This document shows, piece by piece, positions 23,836 through 31,931 of a stretch of DNA of 32,000 bases. Below the pieces are notes generated by a model. The model did no database searches. It was not told the DNA's origin and saw only the letters and a program-made list of their open reading frames with translations. The stretch is from Candidatus Omnitrophota bacterium (GTDB taxonomy: Bacteria; Omnitrophota; Gorgyraeia; Zapsychrales; JANLHA01). The DNA lies in NCBI GenBank assembly GCA_963662715.1, contig OY759724.1, positions 3,000,001 through 3,032,000 on the forward strand. The letters run 5' to 3'. How positions within the stretch are numbered: the stretch's first letter is position 1; every line of letters starts with the position of its first letter. The position numbers and the translations under genes were made by a program.

Positions 23836-26800
23836 ATGATGAAAACATTCTTTGAATTCTTTGCAAGAAGAACCCTCCTTGCTAATTTAATATCGATTAT
23901 GATTGTTCTTCTGGGGATAGGTTCTCTGCTCACGATTAAACGTGACAGCTATCCTCATGTTGATTTCGGAGAAGTTTTAATCGAAACATCCTACCCTGGA
24001 GCTTCACCCGAGGATGTTGAAATCAACATTACGAATAAGATCGAAAACGAGTTAAAAAGCGTTACGGGGATAAAAAATTTCACTTCCGTATCAATAGAAG
24101 GCGTCTCGCTCATTACTGTTATCATTGATCCGACAGTCCGGGACATGAAAAAAGTGAAAAATGATGTCCGGGATGCCGTCAACCGTATCAAAGATTGGCC
24201 CCGAGAGATTGAAAATTTTCCTTTTATTGAAGAGTCAAATTCTGCAACGTTTCCAATTATGGAAGTCGCCCTTTCAGGAGAGATGCCTTACAGGGATCTT
24301 TATCAAACAGCTAAACTACTAAAGAAAAAGCTGGAAAATCTTCCGGAAGTTTGCCGAATCAATGAATATGGATATCGAGCGAGAGAAATTCATATCGAAC
24401 TTGCCCCGGAAAAAATCAAAGATTATCAAATCCCAATAAATTGTATTAAGACAGCCATCCAAAAAAGAAACATCCGCTCCACGGCGGGAAATTCAGAATC
24501 ATTAACTGATAATAAAAATATCACCATTTCATCTCAATTCAGCAGCCCTTCTGAAGTTGGCGATGTAATCATTCGGAACTCATATGATGGCCCTCTTATC
24601 AGATTGCATGACCTTGCTGTTATTGAAGATGATTTTGAAAAAGCACAGACCCTCTCGCGTGTTAACGGGATATCTTCCATTTCCTTTGAAATAATAAAAG
24701 CTGAGTCTGCCGATATTTTAAGAGCCGTAGAATCTGTCAAAAAAGTCATCAAAGAATCAAAGGAGATTACGTCCGCAGGACTAAAGATATCTATTGCCAA
24801 TGATTCCTCTCATTATGTCAGAAATCGTCTTAATATTGTACAAAGAAACGCCGTCTTGGGCCTTATCTTTGTCATTTTACTACTGCGGATCTTTATGAAT
24901 GCAGAAACATCTTTTTGGATTGCCGCAGGAATTCCTATATCTTTGTTAGGGACGATTTATTTGATGCCTTTTTTTAATGTTTTCTTGGATAGTCTCTCCT
25001 TGAGCGCCATGATTATGGTAATCGGTATCATCGTCGATGATGCTATTATTATCAGTGAAAATATTTATAAACATAGGGAGCAGGGCAGTCCTCCGCTCAA
25101 GGCCACAATAAGCGGCATTCAGGAAATTTTTTGGCCTGTCCTCACAACCGTCCTGACAACCTTTTTCGCCTTTGTTCCCATGTTTTTTATGGAAGGTCTT
25201 TTTGGGAAATTTGTCACGGTTATTCCCTTGGTGATAACGTTGGCGTTATTCATATCCCTGATTGAATCATTTATAGCGCTTCCAGCGCATCTTCAACATG
25301 GATTGCGAAAACATAGGGGAGCACGACATTCAAAAAACAAATTACAATATTTAAAAGCAGTATATTTCTCGCGGATGAAACAAATATTGAAATTCCGGTA
25401 TATGGTTGTTTTTATTTTTATTATTGTCTTTGGAGTAACCCTACATTTCGGATTGACCCGCCTCAAGACGATACTTTTTCCGGATAAAATGGCAGAGGAG
25501 ATTTCAATCACGGCACAACTTCCCCAAGGATCCAGCCTGCAACACACATCTCAGAAATTCTCGGAGATTGAGCAAATTATAGCCCGCTTACCTAAAACCG
25601 AACTGAGTTCTTTTGTTACGCGAATCGGTGAAGACGAGTTTTCTGATATCAAAATTAAAAATCATGGATACATGATATTGTTTCTAACGCCTTTTAGCGA
25701 ACGGAAACGCAGCGCTCAGGAAATTGTTGAAGAGCTTCGAAAATCCACACGCCAATTGAAAGGCTTTGAAAATATTTCTTATTTCATAGAAACCGGCGGC
25801 CCTCCCGATGGAAAACCCGTTGAAATCTGCATCGTGGGAAGCAATGATACGATACGAAAAAAACTCGCCGATGATGTTGTTTCCTTTTTAAATACACTTA
25901 AAGGAGTCAAAGATATTACCCGTGACGATAAAATCGAACAAGGCCTGATTGAACTGGACATAGATTACCTTCAACTGGAAAGGTTCGGTTTAACTGTTGA
26001 AAATATTGCATCAAACGCCCGCATCGCCTATGAAGGAGAAGTTGTCACCAAAGTCAGATATGGGGATGAGGACGTTAATTTCAGGCTTTTGTTCAATAAA
26101 AACTCCGATGACAATCCTGATCGACTCGAAAACCTCCTGCTGGCAAATAACCAAAATAAACTTATTGAGTTAAACAAGGTCGCCAAATTTAAACACACAA
26201 AAGGTCAAAGCCTCTATCAGCATCATAACGGTCAAAGGGCAGTCAAAATCGAAGCAGACGTTTTTCAAGACATCATGACTCCTGATGACGTGATGGATTT
26301 AGTAGAGAATAAATTCAATCTTGACAGAGACTATCCCGGGACAAAATTTATAAAAGAAGGCGAGATCTTTGAAACAGAGCAATCTTTCAAAAGCCTGTTC
26401 CTGACCATGATCATCGCATTGACCGGGATTTATTTCCTTTTAATTGTCTTGTTCAATTCTTTAACACAGCCTCTTATTGTCATGGCAGCCATCCCTTTTG
26501 GTATTTTCGGTGTCATTCTTGCTTTTTTACTTCACAAAGAACCTTTAAGCTTTATCGCGTTGCTTGGCGCCATCGGGTTAACGGGTGTTGTTGTCAATGA
26601 TTCCCTCGTTCTTGTCAGCCATTTAAATCAAATCAAAAAAAGTTCACCTGCAGGACTTTCCATCATCGACATTGTTGCCCAAGGATCTTCCGACCGGTTA
26701 AGGGCAATCATTATGACAACAGTTACTACCGTAGGAGGACTTATTCCGCTTGCGTACGGATGGGGAGGATCCGACCCCTTTATGGCTCCCATGGCATTGT

Positions 26801-28398
26801 CCATGAGTTACGGATTATTGATCGGAACCCCTTTGACATTACTGATCACCCCTTGTTTGTACCTAATGCTACATAATCTGTCTGAGAAAACCAAAATCCG
26901 AATAAGGCAAAAAAGGCAACGCATTCTGACGAAAAGAAAAAATAGACGAATGCTTTCTTTACTGCTTGTTGTCTTTATTGGGCTTTTTACAATCTCGACT
27001 GAAAGTAACAGTTCGGAATCACCTTTGACAATAAACAATACCTCAACAGAGGGAGAAAACAAAAAGATTCTTTCCTTCGACTCATATATCAAAATTGTCA
27101 CGGATAAGCTACCTGAGCTCAAAAAGAATAGAATCGCAGTTGAACGATCTAGAAATTCTGTTTATGCGGCTTCTGCCGTTGACGATTTATCTTTTCATGG
27201 TGAATTTAAATATAACGAAAATGACGAGTATTCTGATGAATATCCTGCCCAGTCTTCCCGGGTTAATGGTTACACGGCAAATATGGCCATGAGGAGAACA
27301 ATCTCTAAAAGCGGGAGCAGGATAGCTGCCGGCATTGAATATGCAAACTCGTCGGACGCATCCGTTGACAACGGGCGACGGTATCACACCCCTACGGTCT
27401 TTGTTCAAATCACACAACCTATTTTAAAAAATATTTTCGGCATGGCCGACCGGTTCGCAAAAAATGATGCCCAGATGCAACTGGCTATTGATGAAATTCG
27501 CCGGAAAGAAAGCGACGAAAGTGACATGAGTTATTATCAAAAATTATATTTTAATTGGATCACCTGTTATAAACATCTCCATTATTTAAAACAATGCATG
27601 ACGAACGCTGAAAAGCTTCTTGCGGACACAAAAGAAAAACTGAGCTCCGGACTTGTTGACAATGATGAACTCCAGGAGGCGGAAGCTTCTTTACTATTAT
27701 ATCAGGAACAATATCATGAAGAAGAAATTATCCATAACGCAATACTGTCTGAATTGGACATCTTTTTTGATACGAATAAATACTTGCCCCAACTTCATGA
27801 ATTTGAAAAACAGTTTGAGCAATTACTTTCGTTCCATTATGAATTTGTCCCTTTTACAGATACAAGCGCCAGTGAGATTTATGCCTTAATGAACAAAAAA
27901 CTCAATAACAGCAGGAAAGTCTATGCCAACAATCTTCTTCCGGAAATCAATCTGGTCGGTCAATACAGCAATAAGTCGACGGATCATAATTTTTCTAATG
28001 CTTTAGATAATATGCAAGATGAAGATTACTATATCGGACTCAATGTCACTATTCCTTGGGAGAACAGAAAGGCGAAAAGTGCATTAAAGAATATCCTTTT
28101 AGATATTGATGACCTCAAGATTGATTACGACCTTTCCAAGAATGAATATTTAAAAAGCTTGAAAAATTTACAAAGACTAATTAAAGGCAAAAAAAGAATA
28201 TTACAAGTAAAAGAAAACTTACTGAAATCATTAGAATCAAAGTATAATACTGAGAAAAAGAAACTCATGCATGCTCGCTTGGATTTGCGTCACATTATTG
28301 ATACTGAGAATGAAATCGCTTCAGAGCAAATAGAAATCATTAATATAAAAAATGAGATTATCGTGTTAAACATAGACTATTCAAATTTAACAAATTAA
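23836..28398 (+). CDS. RND efflux permease (AcrB/CzcA superfamily, about 1038 aa) continuous in frame with a TolC-like outer-membrane-factor domain (about 480 aa)
   Basis: This is one uninterrupted 1520-aa ORF. The N-terminal part has the RND layout of 12 TM segments and two large periplasmic loops. After the last TM comes a basic stretch KTKIRIRQKRQRILTKRKNRR, then a hydrophobic segment MLSLLLVVFIGLFTIST with an in-frame ATG at 26950. A domain follows with OEP/TolC-like helical repeats and strands (LPEINLVGQYSNKS..., YYIGLNVTIPWENRKAK). Confidence 0.75.
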   Translation: MMKTFFEFFARRTLLANLISIMIVLLGIGSLLTIKRDSYPHVDFGEVLIETSYPGASPEDVEINITNKIENELKSVTGIKNFTSVSIEGVSLITVIIDPTVRDMKKVKNDVRDAVNRIKDWPREIENFPFIEESNSATFPIMEVALSGEMPYRDLYQTAKLLKKKLENLPEVCRINEYGYRAREIHIELAPEKIKDYQIPINCIKTAIQKRNIRSTAGNSESLTDNKNITISSQFSSPSEVGDVIIRNSYDGPLIRLHDLAVIEDDFEKAQTLSRVNGISSISFEIIKAESADILRAVESVKKVIKESKEITSAGLKISIANDSSHYVRNRLNIVQRNAVLGLIFVILLLRIFMNAETSFWIAAGIPISLLGTIYLMPFFNVFLDSLSLSAMIMVIGIIVDDAIIISENIYKHREQGSPPLKATISGIQEIFWPVLTTVLTTFFAFVPMFFMEGLFGKFVTVIPLVITLALFISLIESFIALPAHLQHGLRKHRGARHSKNKLQYLKAVYFSRMKQILKFRYMVVFIFIIVFGVTLHFGLTRLKTILFPDKMAEEISITAQLPQGSSLQHTSQKFSEIEQIIARLPKTELSSFVTRIGEDEFSDIKIKNHGYMILFLTPFSERKRSAQEIVEELRKSTRQLKGFENISYFIETGGPPDGKPVEICIVGSNDTIRKKLADDVVSFLNTLKGVKDITRDDKIEQGLIELDIDYLQLERFGLTVENIASNARIAYEGEVVTKVRYGDEDVNFRLLFNKNSDDNPDRLENLLLANNQNKLIELNKVAKFKHTKGQSLYQHHNGQRAVKIEADVFQDIMTPDDVMDLVENKFNLDRDYPGTKFIKEGEIFETEQSFKSLFLTMIIALTGIYFLLIVLFNSLTQPLIVMAAIPFGIFGVILAFLLHKEPLSFIALLGAIGLTGVVVNDSLVLVSHLNQIKKSSPAGLSIIDIVAQGSSDRLRAIIMTTVTTVGGLIPLAYGWGGSDPFMAPMALSMSYGLLIGTPLTLLITPCLYLMLHNLSEKTKIRIRQKRQRILTKRKNRRMLSLLLVVFIGLFTISTESNSSESPLTINNTSTEGENKKILSFDSYIKIVTDKLPELKKNRIAVERSRNSVYAASAVDDLSFHGEFKYNENDEYSDEYPAQSSRVNGYTANMAMRRTISKSGSRIAAGIEYANSSDASVDNGRRYHTPTVFVQITQPILKNIFGMADRFAKNDAQMQLAIDEIRRKESDESDMSYYQKLYFNWITCYKHLHYLKQCMTNAEKLLADTKEKLSSGLVDNDELQEAEASLLLYQEQYHEEEIIHNAILSELDIFFDTNKYLPQLHEFEKQFEQLLSFHYEFVPFTDTSASEIYALMNKKLNNSRKVYANNLLPEINLVGQYSNKSTDHNFSNALDNMQDEDYYIGLNVTIPWENRKAKSALKNILLDIDDLKIDYDLSKNEYLKSLKNLQRLIKGKKRILQVKENLLKSLESKYNTEKKKLMHARLDLRHIIDTENEIASEQIEIINIKNEIIVLNIDYSNLTN

Positions 28399-28446
28399 AT
28401 TTCATATGTATCCTGTGAGATAGGACAGGAAGGAAAACAGTTGAGA

Positions 28447-28803
28447 ATGAATACAAGACAAATTCTTTATTGGAGTCCAAGAATACTATGCATTCTTTTT
28501 ACGATATTTTTAAGTCTCTTTGCGTTGGATGTATTTAGTGAAGGTTATAATTTCACAGATACCGTTGTTGCCTTGTTTATGCATTTGGTGCCAACCTTTA
28601 TTATTCTAATTGCGTTGGCAGTTGCCTGGAAAAAAGAGGGAGTAGGTACGGTGATTTTTATTGCTTTTTCGTTATTTATTTTGATTATGAGCCGCGGTGA
28701 AAGCTGGATTATATCCGGGCCACTATTTTTTATAGGCACTCTTTTTTTATTAAATTGTATATATAAACATCATGTTCGTTCATCTGAATTTTCGAACAAA
28801 TGA
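28447..28803 (+). CDS. Small integral membrane protein (about four TM segments), family not recognised
   Basis: 118 aa from ATG 28447. Hydrophobic segments: ILCILFTIFLSLFAL, VVALFMHLVPTFIILIALAVAW, VGTVIFIAFSLFILIM and ISGPLFFIGTLFLL. Confidence 0.6.
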   Translation: MNTRQILYWSPRILCILFTIFLSLFALDVFSEGYNFTDTVVALFMHLVPTFIILIALAVAWKKEGVGTVIFIAFSLFILIMSRGESWIISGPLFFIGTLFLLNCIYKHHVRSSEFSNK

Positions 28804-28846
28804 ATGAATATGATGTTTAGGTGAAATTTGGAGTTTGCAACATATT

Positions 28847-28955
28847 ATGAATAAACAAGATACAATAACAATTTTCTTGAGAACCTACGGCTGACCGTAT
28901 GGCCAAGTTCCGCACGATGATTTTGAAGGTTTTGAGTATGATGTATGAGGAATAA
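28847..28955 (+). repeat. Mini-ORF module copy E (divergent downstream half)
   Basis: MNKQDTITIFLRTYG-TGA (28847-28894) starts 43 nt after the preceding stop. TACGGCTGACCG is conserved. The +1 frame reads DRMAKFRTMILKVLSMMYEE (28893-28955). Confidence 0.65.
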
Positions 28956-29045
28956 ACTTATATAATTTTATATAGTTGGAAATATAAGATTAGCCTTTCA
29001 TAATGCCGCATTTTGTTGTATTTATAGCTTCCTATTTAAAAACGG

Positions 29046-29092
29046 GTTACCTAACCTAACAAACAGGTAAATTATTTATTCTGTTAGGTAAC
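29046..29092. repeat. Perfect 10-bp inverted repeat with a 27-nt spacer
   Basis: GTTACCTAAC (29046-29055) and GTTAGGTAAC (29083-29092) are followed by an A/T-rich run. It could be a hairpin or an operator. Confidence 0.5.
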
Positions 29093-29230
29093 TTATTAAA
29101 AAAATTTTTAACAAAAAATAATCAAAGATCAAAATACGTTATAGCTTTAGTATTTCGGCAAAAGTAACCGATGTAAACAGTCTGGATTGATAAATGTTTA
29201 ATGGGTGATCCAAATTTCGAAAATTCATAC

Positions 29231-29258
29231 TTGACAAGTAAAATGTAAGTGATATCAT
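29231..29258 (+). promoter_or_regulatory. Candidate sigma-70-type promoter for the Fur-family gene
   Basis: TTGACA (29231-29236), a 16-nt spacer, then TATCAT (29253-29258). AGGAG lies upstream of the ATG at 29301. This is sequence match only. Confidence 0.4.
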
Positions 29259-29300
29259 TTAATTGAAAGTGAAAACCATTTGCATTTAGGAGAAAAGTGA

Positions 29301-29780
29301 ATGCCAAGAAGACATAGAAGAGGACATGCGTGGTGGCATGGTAAATTTCAAGGATATGGATATAAAATCACAGCTAGCCGTGAAATTGTTTTTGGTATAT
29401 TAGCAGGATCTGAAAAACATTTGAGTGCCGAGGATATTTATATTAAAGCGCATGCGATGAATCCTGCTATTGGTATGACGACAATATATCGCACTTTGGA
29501 TATTTTAACAGAAATGAGGTTAGTTAATAAATTTGATTTTGGTGATGGTCGGGCAAGATACGAGTTAACGGAAGGCCCAAAAGGAGCCCTTCATCACCAT
29601 CATCTGATTTGCACATCATGTAACAGGGTAATTGATTATACAGATTTTATTGATGAAGAGGTCGAACTTTTGACAAGAACAGAGAAAGGTCTAACTGGAA
29701 AATATAATTTTAAAATTTTTCATCATTTAATTCAGTTTTATGGTTTATGTGATAAATGTCAAAAAGGTCAGGATAATTAA
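29301..29780 (+). CDS. Fur-family metalloregulator (Fur/Zur/PerR class) with an atypical basic/aromatic N-terminal extension
   Basis: Winged-helix part ITASREIVFGILAGSEKHLSAEDIYIKAH......GMTTIYRTLDILTEMRLV. Metal sites HHHHLICTSCNRV and GLCDKC (two CxxC pairs). The extension is MPRRHRRGHAWWHGKFQGYGYK. Confidence 0.8.
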   Translation: MPRRHRRGHAWWHGKFQGYGYKITASREIVFGILAGSEKHLSAEDIYIKAHAMNPAIGMTTIYRTLDILTEMRLVNKFDFGDGRARYELTEGPKGALHHHHLICTSCNRVIDYTDFIDEEVELLTRTEKGLTGKYNFKIFHHLIQFYGLCDKCQKGQDN

Positions 29781-29792
29781 TTTTTTTTATTT

Positions 29793-29811
29793 TTTAATGA
29801 TAATGGTTGTC
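29793..29811. promoter_or_regulatory. Fur-box-like operator upstream of the DUF5320 gene
   Basis: TTTAATGATAATGGTTGTC matches the classical GATAATGATAATCATTATC consensus at about 14 of 19 positions by hand alignment. It contains the 7-1-7 core TGATAAT-G-GTTGTCA and ends 22 nt before the ATG at 29833. Confidence 0.45.
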
Positions 29812-29832
29812 ATTTACAATTAGGGAATTTTA

Positions 29833-30321
29833 ATGCCAAATTTTAACGGGACAGGACCAAAAGGAACAGGTCCTTTAACAGGTCAAGGGATGGGATATTG
29901 TGTCGTTAAAGTGGATAAAGATAATTTAATAACTGAACAAGGTATTGGAAAGGAGGTGGACGATATGCCAAGAGGAGACAGAACAGGACCTTCTGGATTA
30001 GGGCCTATGACAGGGCGTGGTGCGGGTTATTGCGCCGGTTATTCTGTGCCAGGATTTATTAATCCAATTTCAGGTAGAGGTAGTGGATTTGGATTCGGAC
30101 GCGGCTTTGGCAGAGGACGCGGCTTAGGTCGTGGTTTTGGCTGGCGCGGAGCTGGTTATCCTTATGCCTATGGGAGTCCTTATCCTGCGGTTCCTTATGC
30201 GCCAGAAATGACCCCTCAACAAGAAACAGATATGTTGAAAGGTCAGGCTAAGGTTATGCAGGACGAAATTAATGCTATCAATGAACGTATAAAAGAATTA
30301 GAGTCCAACTCAAAATCTTAA
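29833..30321 (+). CDS. DUF5320-family protein with a duplicated N-terminal G-rich motif
   Basis: The canonical DUF5320 pattern MPRGDRTGPSGLGPMTGRGAGYCAGY...GRGFGRGRGLGRG... with a C-terminal coil (LKGQAKVMQDEINAINERIKELE) starts at an internal ATG (29965) preceded by AGGAGGTG. The 44 aa before it (MPNFNGTGPKGTGPLTGQGMGYCV...) are a second copy of the N-terminal motif. Confidence 0.75.
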   Translation: MPNFNGTGPKGTGPLTGQGMGYCVVKVDKDNLITEQGIGKEVDDMPRGDRTGPSGLGPMTGRGAGYCAGYSVPGFINPISGRGSGFGFGRGFGRGRGLGRGFGWRGAGYPYAYGSPYPAVPYAPEMTPQQETDMLKGQAKVMQDEINAINERIKELESNSKS

Positions 30322-30341
30322 ACAATACAGGAAAATGCAAG

Positions 30342-30393
30342 ATAGGTGGAAATAGGCGAAAATGGTTTATTTCCACCTATAACCTCATTTTTT
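30342..30393 (+). terminator. Rho-independent terminator after the DUF5320 gene
   Basis: A perfect 13-bp stem, ATAGGTGGAAATA (30342-30354) with TATTTCCACCTAT (30368-30380), encloses a 13-nt loop. A T run (CATTTTTTA) follows within 10 nt. Confidence 0.75.
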
Positions 30394-30538
30394 ATGGAGA
30401 ATAAAATTTAATAATAGTCTCCGATGGGGTATTTTTTAATTTTCGTTATTAATATAAGTATTTTGTAGCATATTTAACGAAATCAACAAATATATTTTGA
30501 AATGTTTTGAACAAGTATCATTAATGGGGGAAATATAA

Positions 30539-30712
30539 ATGGCAGTTAAAATCGATAATGATAAATGTACAGGATGCGGTGCTTGTGTCGATATCTGCGG
30601 TGTTACTGCTATAACAATAGAAAGCAATAAGGCCGTTGTAAGTGAAGAATGTGTTGAGTGTGGCGCATGCATTAGTCAGTGTCCTAATGAAGCAATATCG
30701 TTTTCAAATTAA
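30539..30712 (+). CDS. Small 2x[4Fe-4S] ferredoxin (57 aa; below the ORF-track cutoff)
   Basis: Hand translation gives MAVKIDNDKCTGCGACVDICGVTAITIESNKAVVSEECVECGACISQCPNEAISFSN. It has two CxxCxxCxxxC(P) cluster motifs. The stop TAA is at 30710-30712. Confidence 0.85.
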   Translation: MAVKIDNDKCTGCGACVDICGVTAITIESNKAVVSEECVECGACISQCPNEAISFSN

Positions 30713-30724
30713 GGAGGTGTGCAT

Positions 30725-31135
30725 TTGAAAGTTGCTATTTCGACTGATAATAATTTCGTATCGGCTCATTTTGGTAGATGTCCGTCTTTTACGATCATTG
30801 ACTTAGAAGATGGAAAAGTTGTGAAACAAGAAACTATTGATAATCCCGGTCATGAGCCAGGTTTAATCCCAAAACTTCTCAACGATAAAGGAGTCCAGTG
30901 CATTATTGCCGGTGGTATGGGAATGCAAGCAACTGGCTTTTTTCAGAAATACGGCATCGAGACTGTCGTTGGTATACAAGGAATAATAAGTGACGTTGTC
31001 AAAAAATTGCAAGATGGAACATTGGAAGGCGCCGAAAGCCTTTGCAAACCAGGTGATGGAAAAGGCTATGGATTAGATAAAACAGTGTGTGATCACCCAC
31101 ATGAAGAGGGTTGTGAGCATGAAGGAGGTGAGTAA
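30725..31135 (+). CDS. NifB/NifX-like (dinitrogenase FeMo-cofactor-binding fold, PF02579-type) protein with a Cys/His-rich tail
   Basis: MKVAISTDNNFVSAHFGRCPSFTIIDLEDGK...IIAGGMG is the family signature. The C-terminal tail is CKPGDGKGYGLDKTVCDHPHEEGCEHEGGE. TTG 30725 lies 7 nt after AGGAGG and is preferred over GTG 30719. Confidence 0.75.
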   Translation: MKVAISTDNNFVSAHFGRCPSFTIIDLEDGKVVKQETIDNPGHEPGLIPKLLNDKGVQCIIAGGMGMQATGFFQKYGIETVVGIQGIISDVVKKLQDGTLEGAESLCKPGDGKGYGLDKTVCDHPHEEGCEHEGGE

Positions 31136-31503
31136 TGAAAATCTGCATAACATCTGAAGGAAATAATTTCGACTCAAAAGTAGATCAGCGTTTTGGAAGG
31201 TGCCAATATTTTATTTTTGTAGATACAGACACTTCTGAATTTGAGGCTGTTCAAAATCAAAATGTTGACGGTATGGGTGGTGTTGGCGTTCAATCCGGTC
31301 AGCTTATGGCCGAAAAGCAAACCAAAGTTATTATTACGGGGAAAGTCGGTCCTAATGCATCTCAGACTTTAGAATCAGCAGGCATTGAAATTATTCTTGA
31401 TGTTGATGGCACTGTTAAAGACGCGCTTGAACGCTTCAATAAGGGGGAACTTAAGGTTACTAAAGGACCAAATGCAGGTGAAAAAGCAGGGCTAAACAAT
31501 TGA
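31135..31503 (+). CDS. NifB/NifX-like (PF02579-type) protein, second paralogue
   Basis: MKICITSEGNNFDSKVDQRFGRCQYFIFVDTDT...VIITGKVGPNA. The start overlaps the preceding stop (TAATG). Confidence 0.75.
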   Translation: MKICITSEGNNFDSKVDQRFGRCQYFIFVDTDTSEFEAVQNQNVDGMGGVGVQSGQLMAEKQTKVIITGKVGPNASQTLESAGIEIILDVDGTVKDALERFNKGELKVTKGPNAGEKAGLNN

Positions 31504-31518
31504 TGCCGTATTTAAACA

Positions 31519-31917
31519 ATGATAGAGAAAAAGATTTATTATCACGATACAGATGCCATTGGCATTGCTTATCACGCTTCTTATTTAAAAATTTTAGAAG
31601 AGGATAGAACTGAATTTTTTGAATCACAAGGAATTTCGGTTAAAGAGTTGCATAAAAGTGGCAAGCATTTTGTTATTAAAGATTTATATATTCGATATAA
31701 GCATCCTGCCAAATTTGGTGACGTAGTTGTTTGTGATTCGAGTATTAGAAAAATAACAGCAGCTCAAATTTTCTTTTCCCAAAAAATATTTAATAAAGCG
31801 AATAATGCCCTTCTTGTCGAAGCGGATATTATTTTAGTTATCGTCAATGAACAGTTGCATCCTGTGTTAATACCGGAAAATATAAATTCGTTATTATTAA
31901 ATGAAGTAATAACTTAA
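31519..31917 (+). CDS. Hotdog-fold acyl-CoA thioesterase (4HBT / YbgC-like)
   Basis: YYHDTDAIGIAYHASYLKILEEDRTEFF matches the YbgC/4HBT N-terminal catalytic Asp region. At 132 aa it is a typical size. Confidence 0.7.
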   Translation: MIEKKIYYHDTDAIGIAYHASYLKILEEDRTEFFESQGISVKELHKSGKHFVIKDLYIRYKHPAKFGDVVVCDSSIRKITAAQIFFSQKIFNKANNALLVEADIILVIVNEQLHPVLIPENINSLLLNEVIT

Positions 31918-31931
31918 TCAGGAGGTGCAAA

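Noticed and set aside
11012-28955. CRISPR array interpretation of the repeated modules.
   Set aside because: The copies are 0.8 to 9 kb apart, separated by full-length genes, variable in length, and contain translated ORFs. No short regularly spaced direct repeats occur anywhere in the window.
30436-30672. 78-aa minus-strand ORF.
   Set aside because: It lies antisense to the 57-aa ferredoxin gene, whose two CxxCxxCxxxC motifs and SD make the + strand reading far more convincing.
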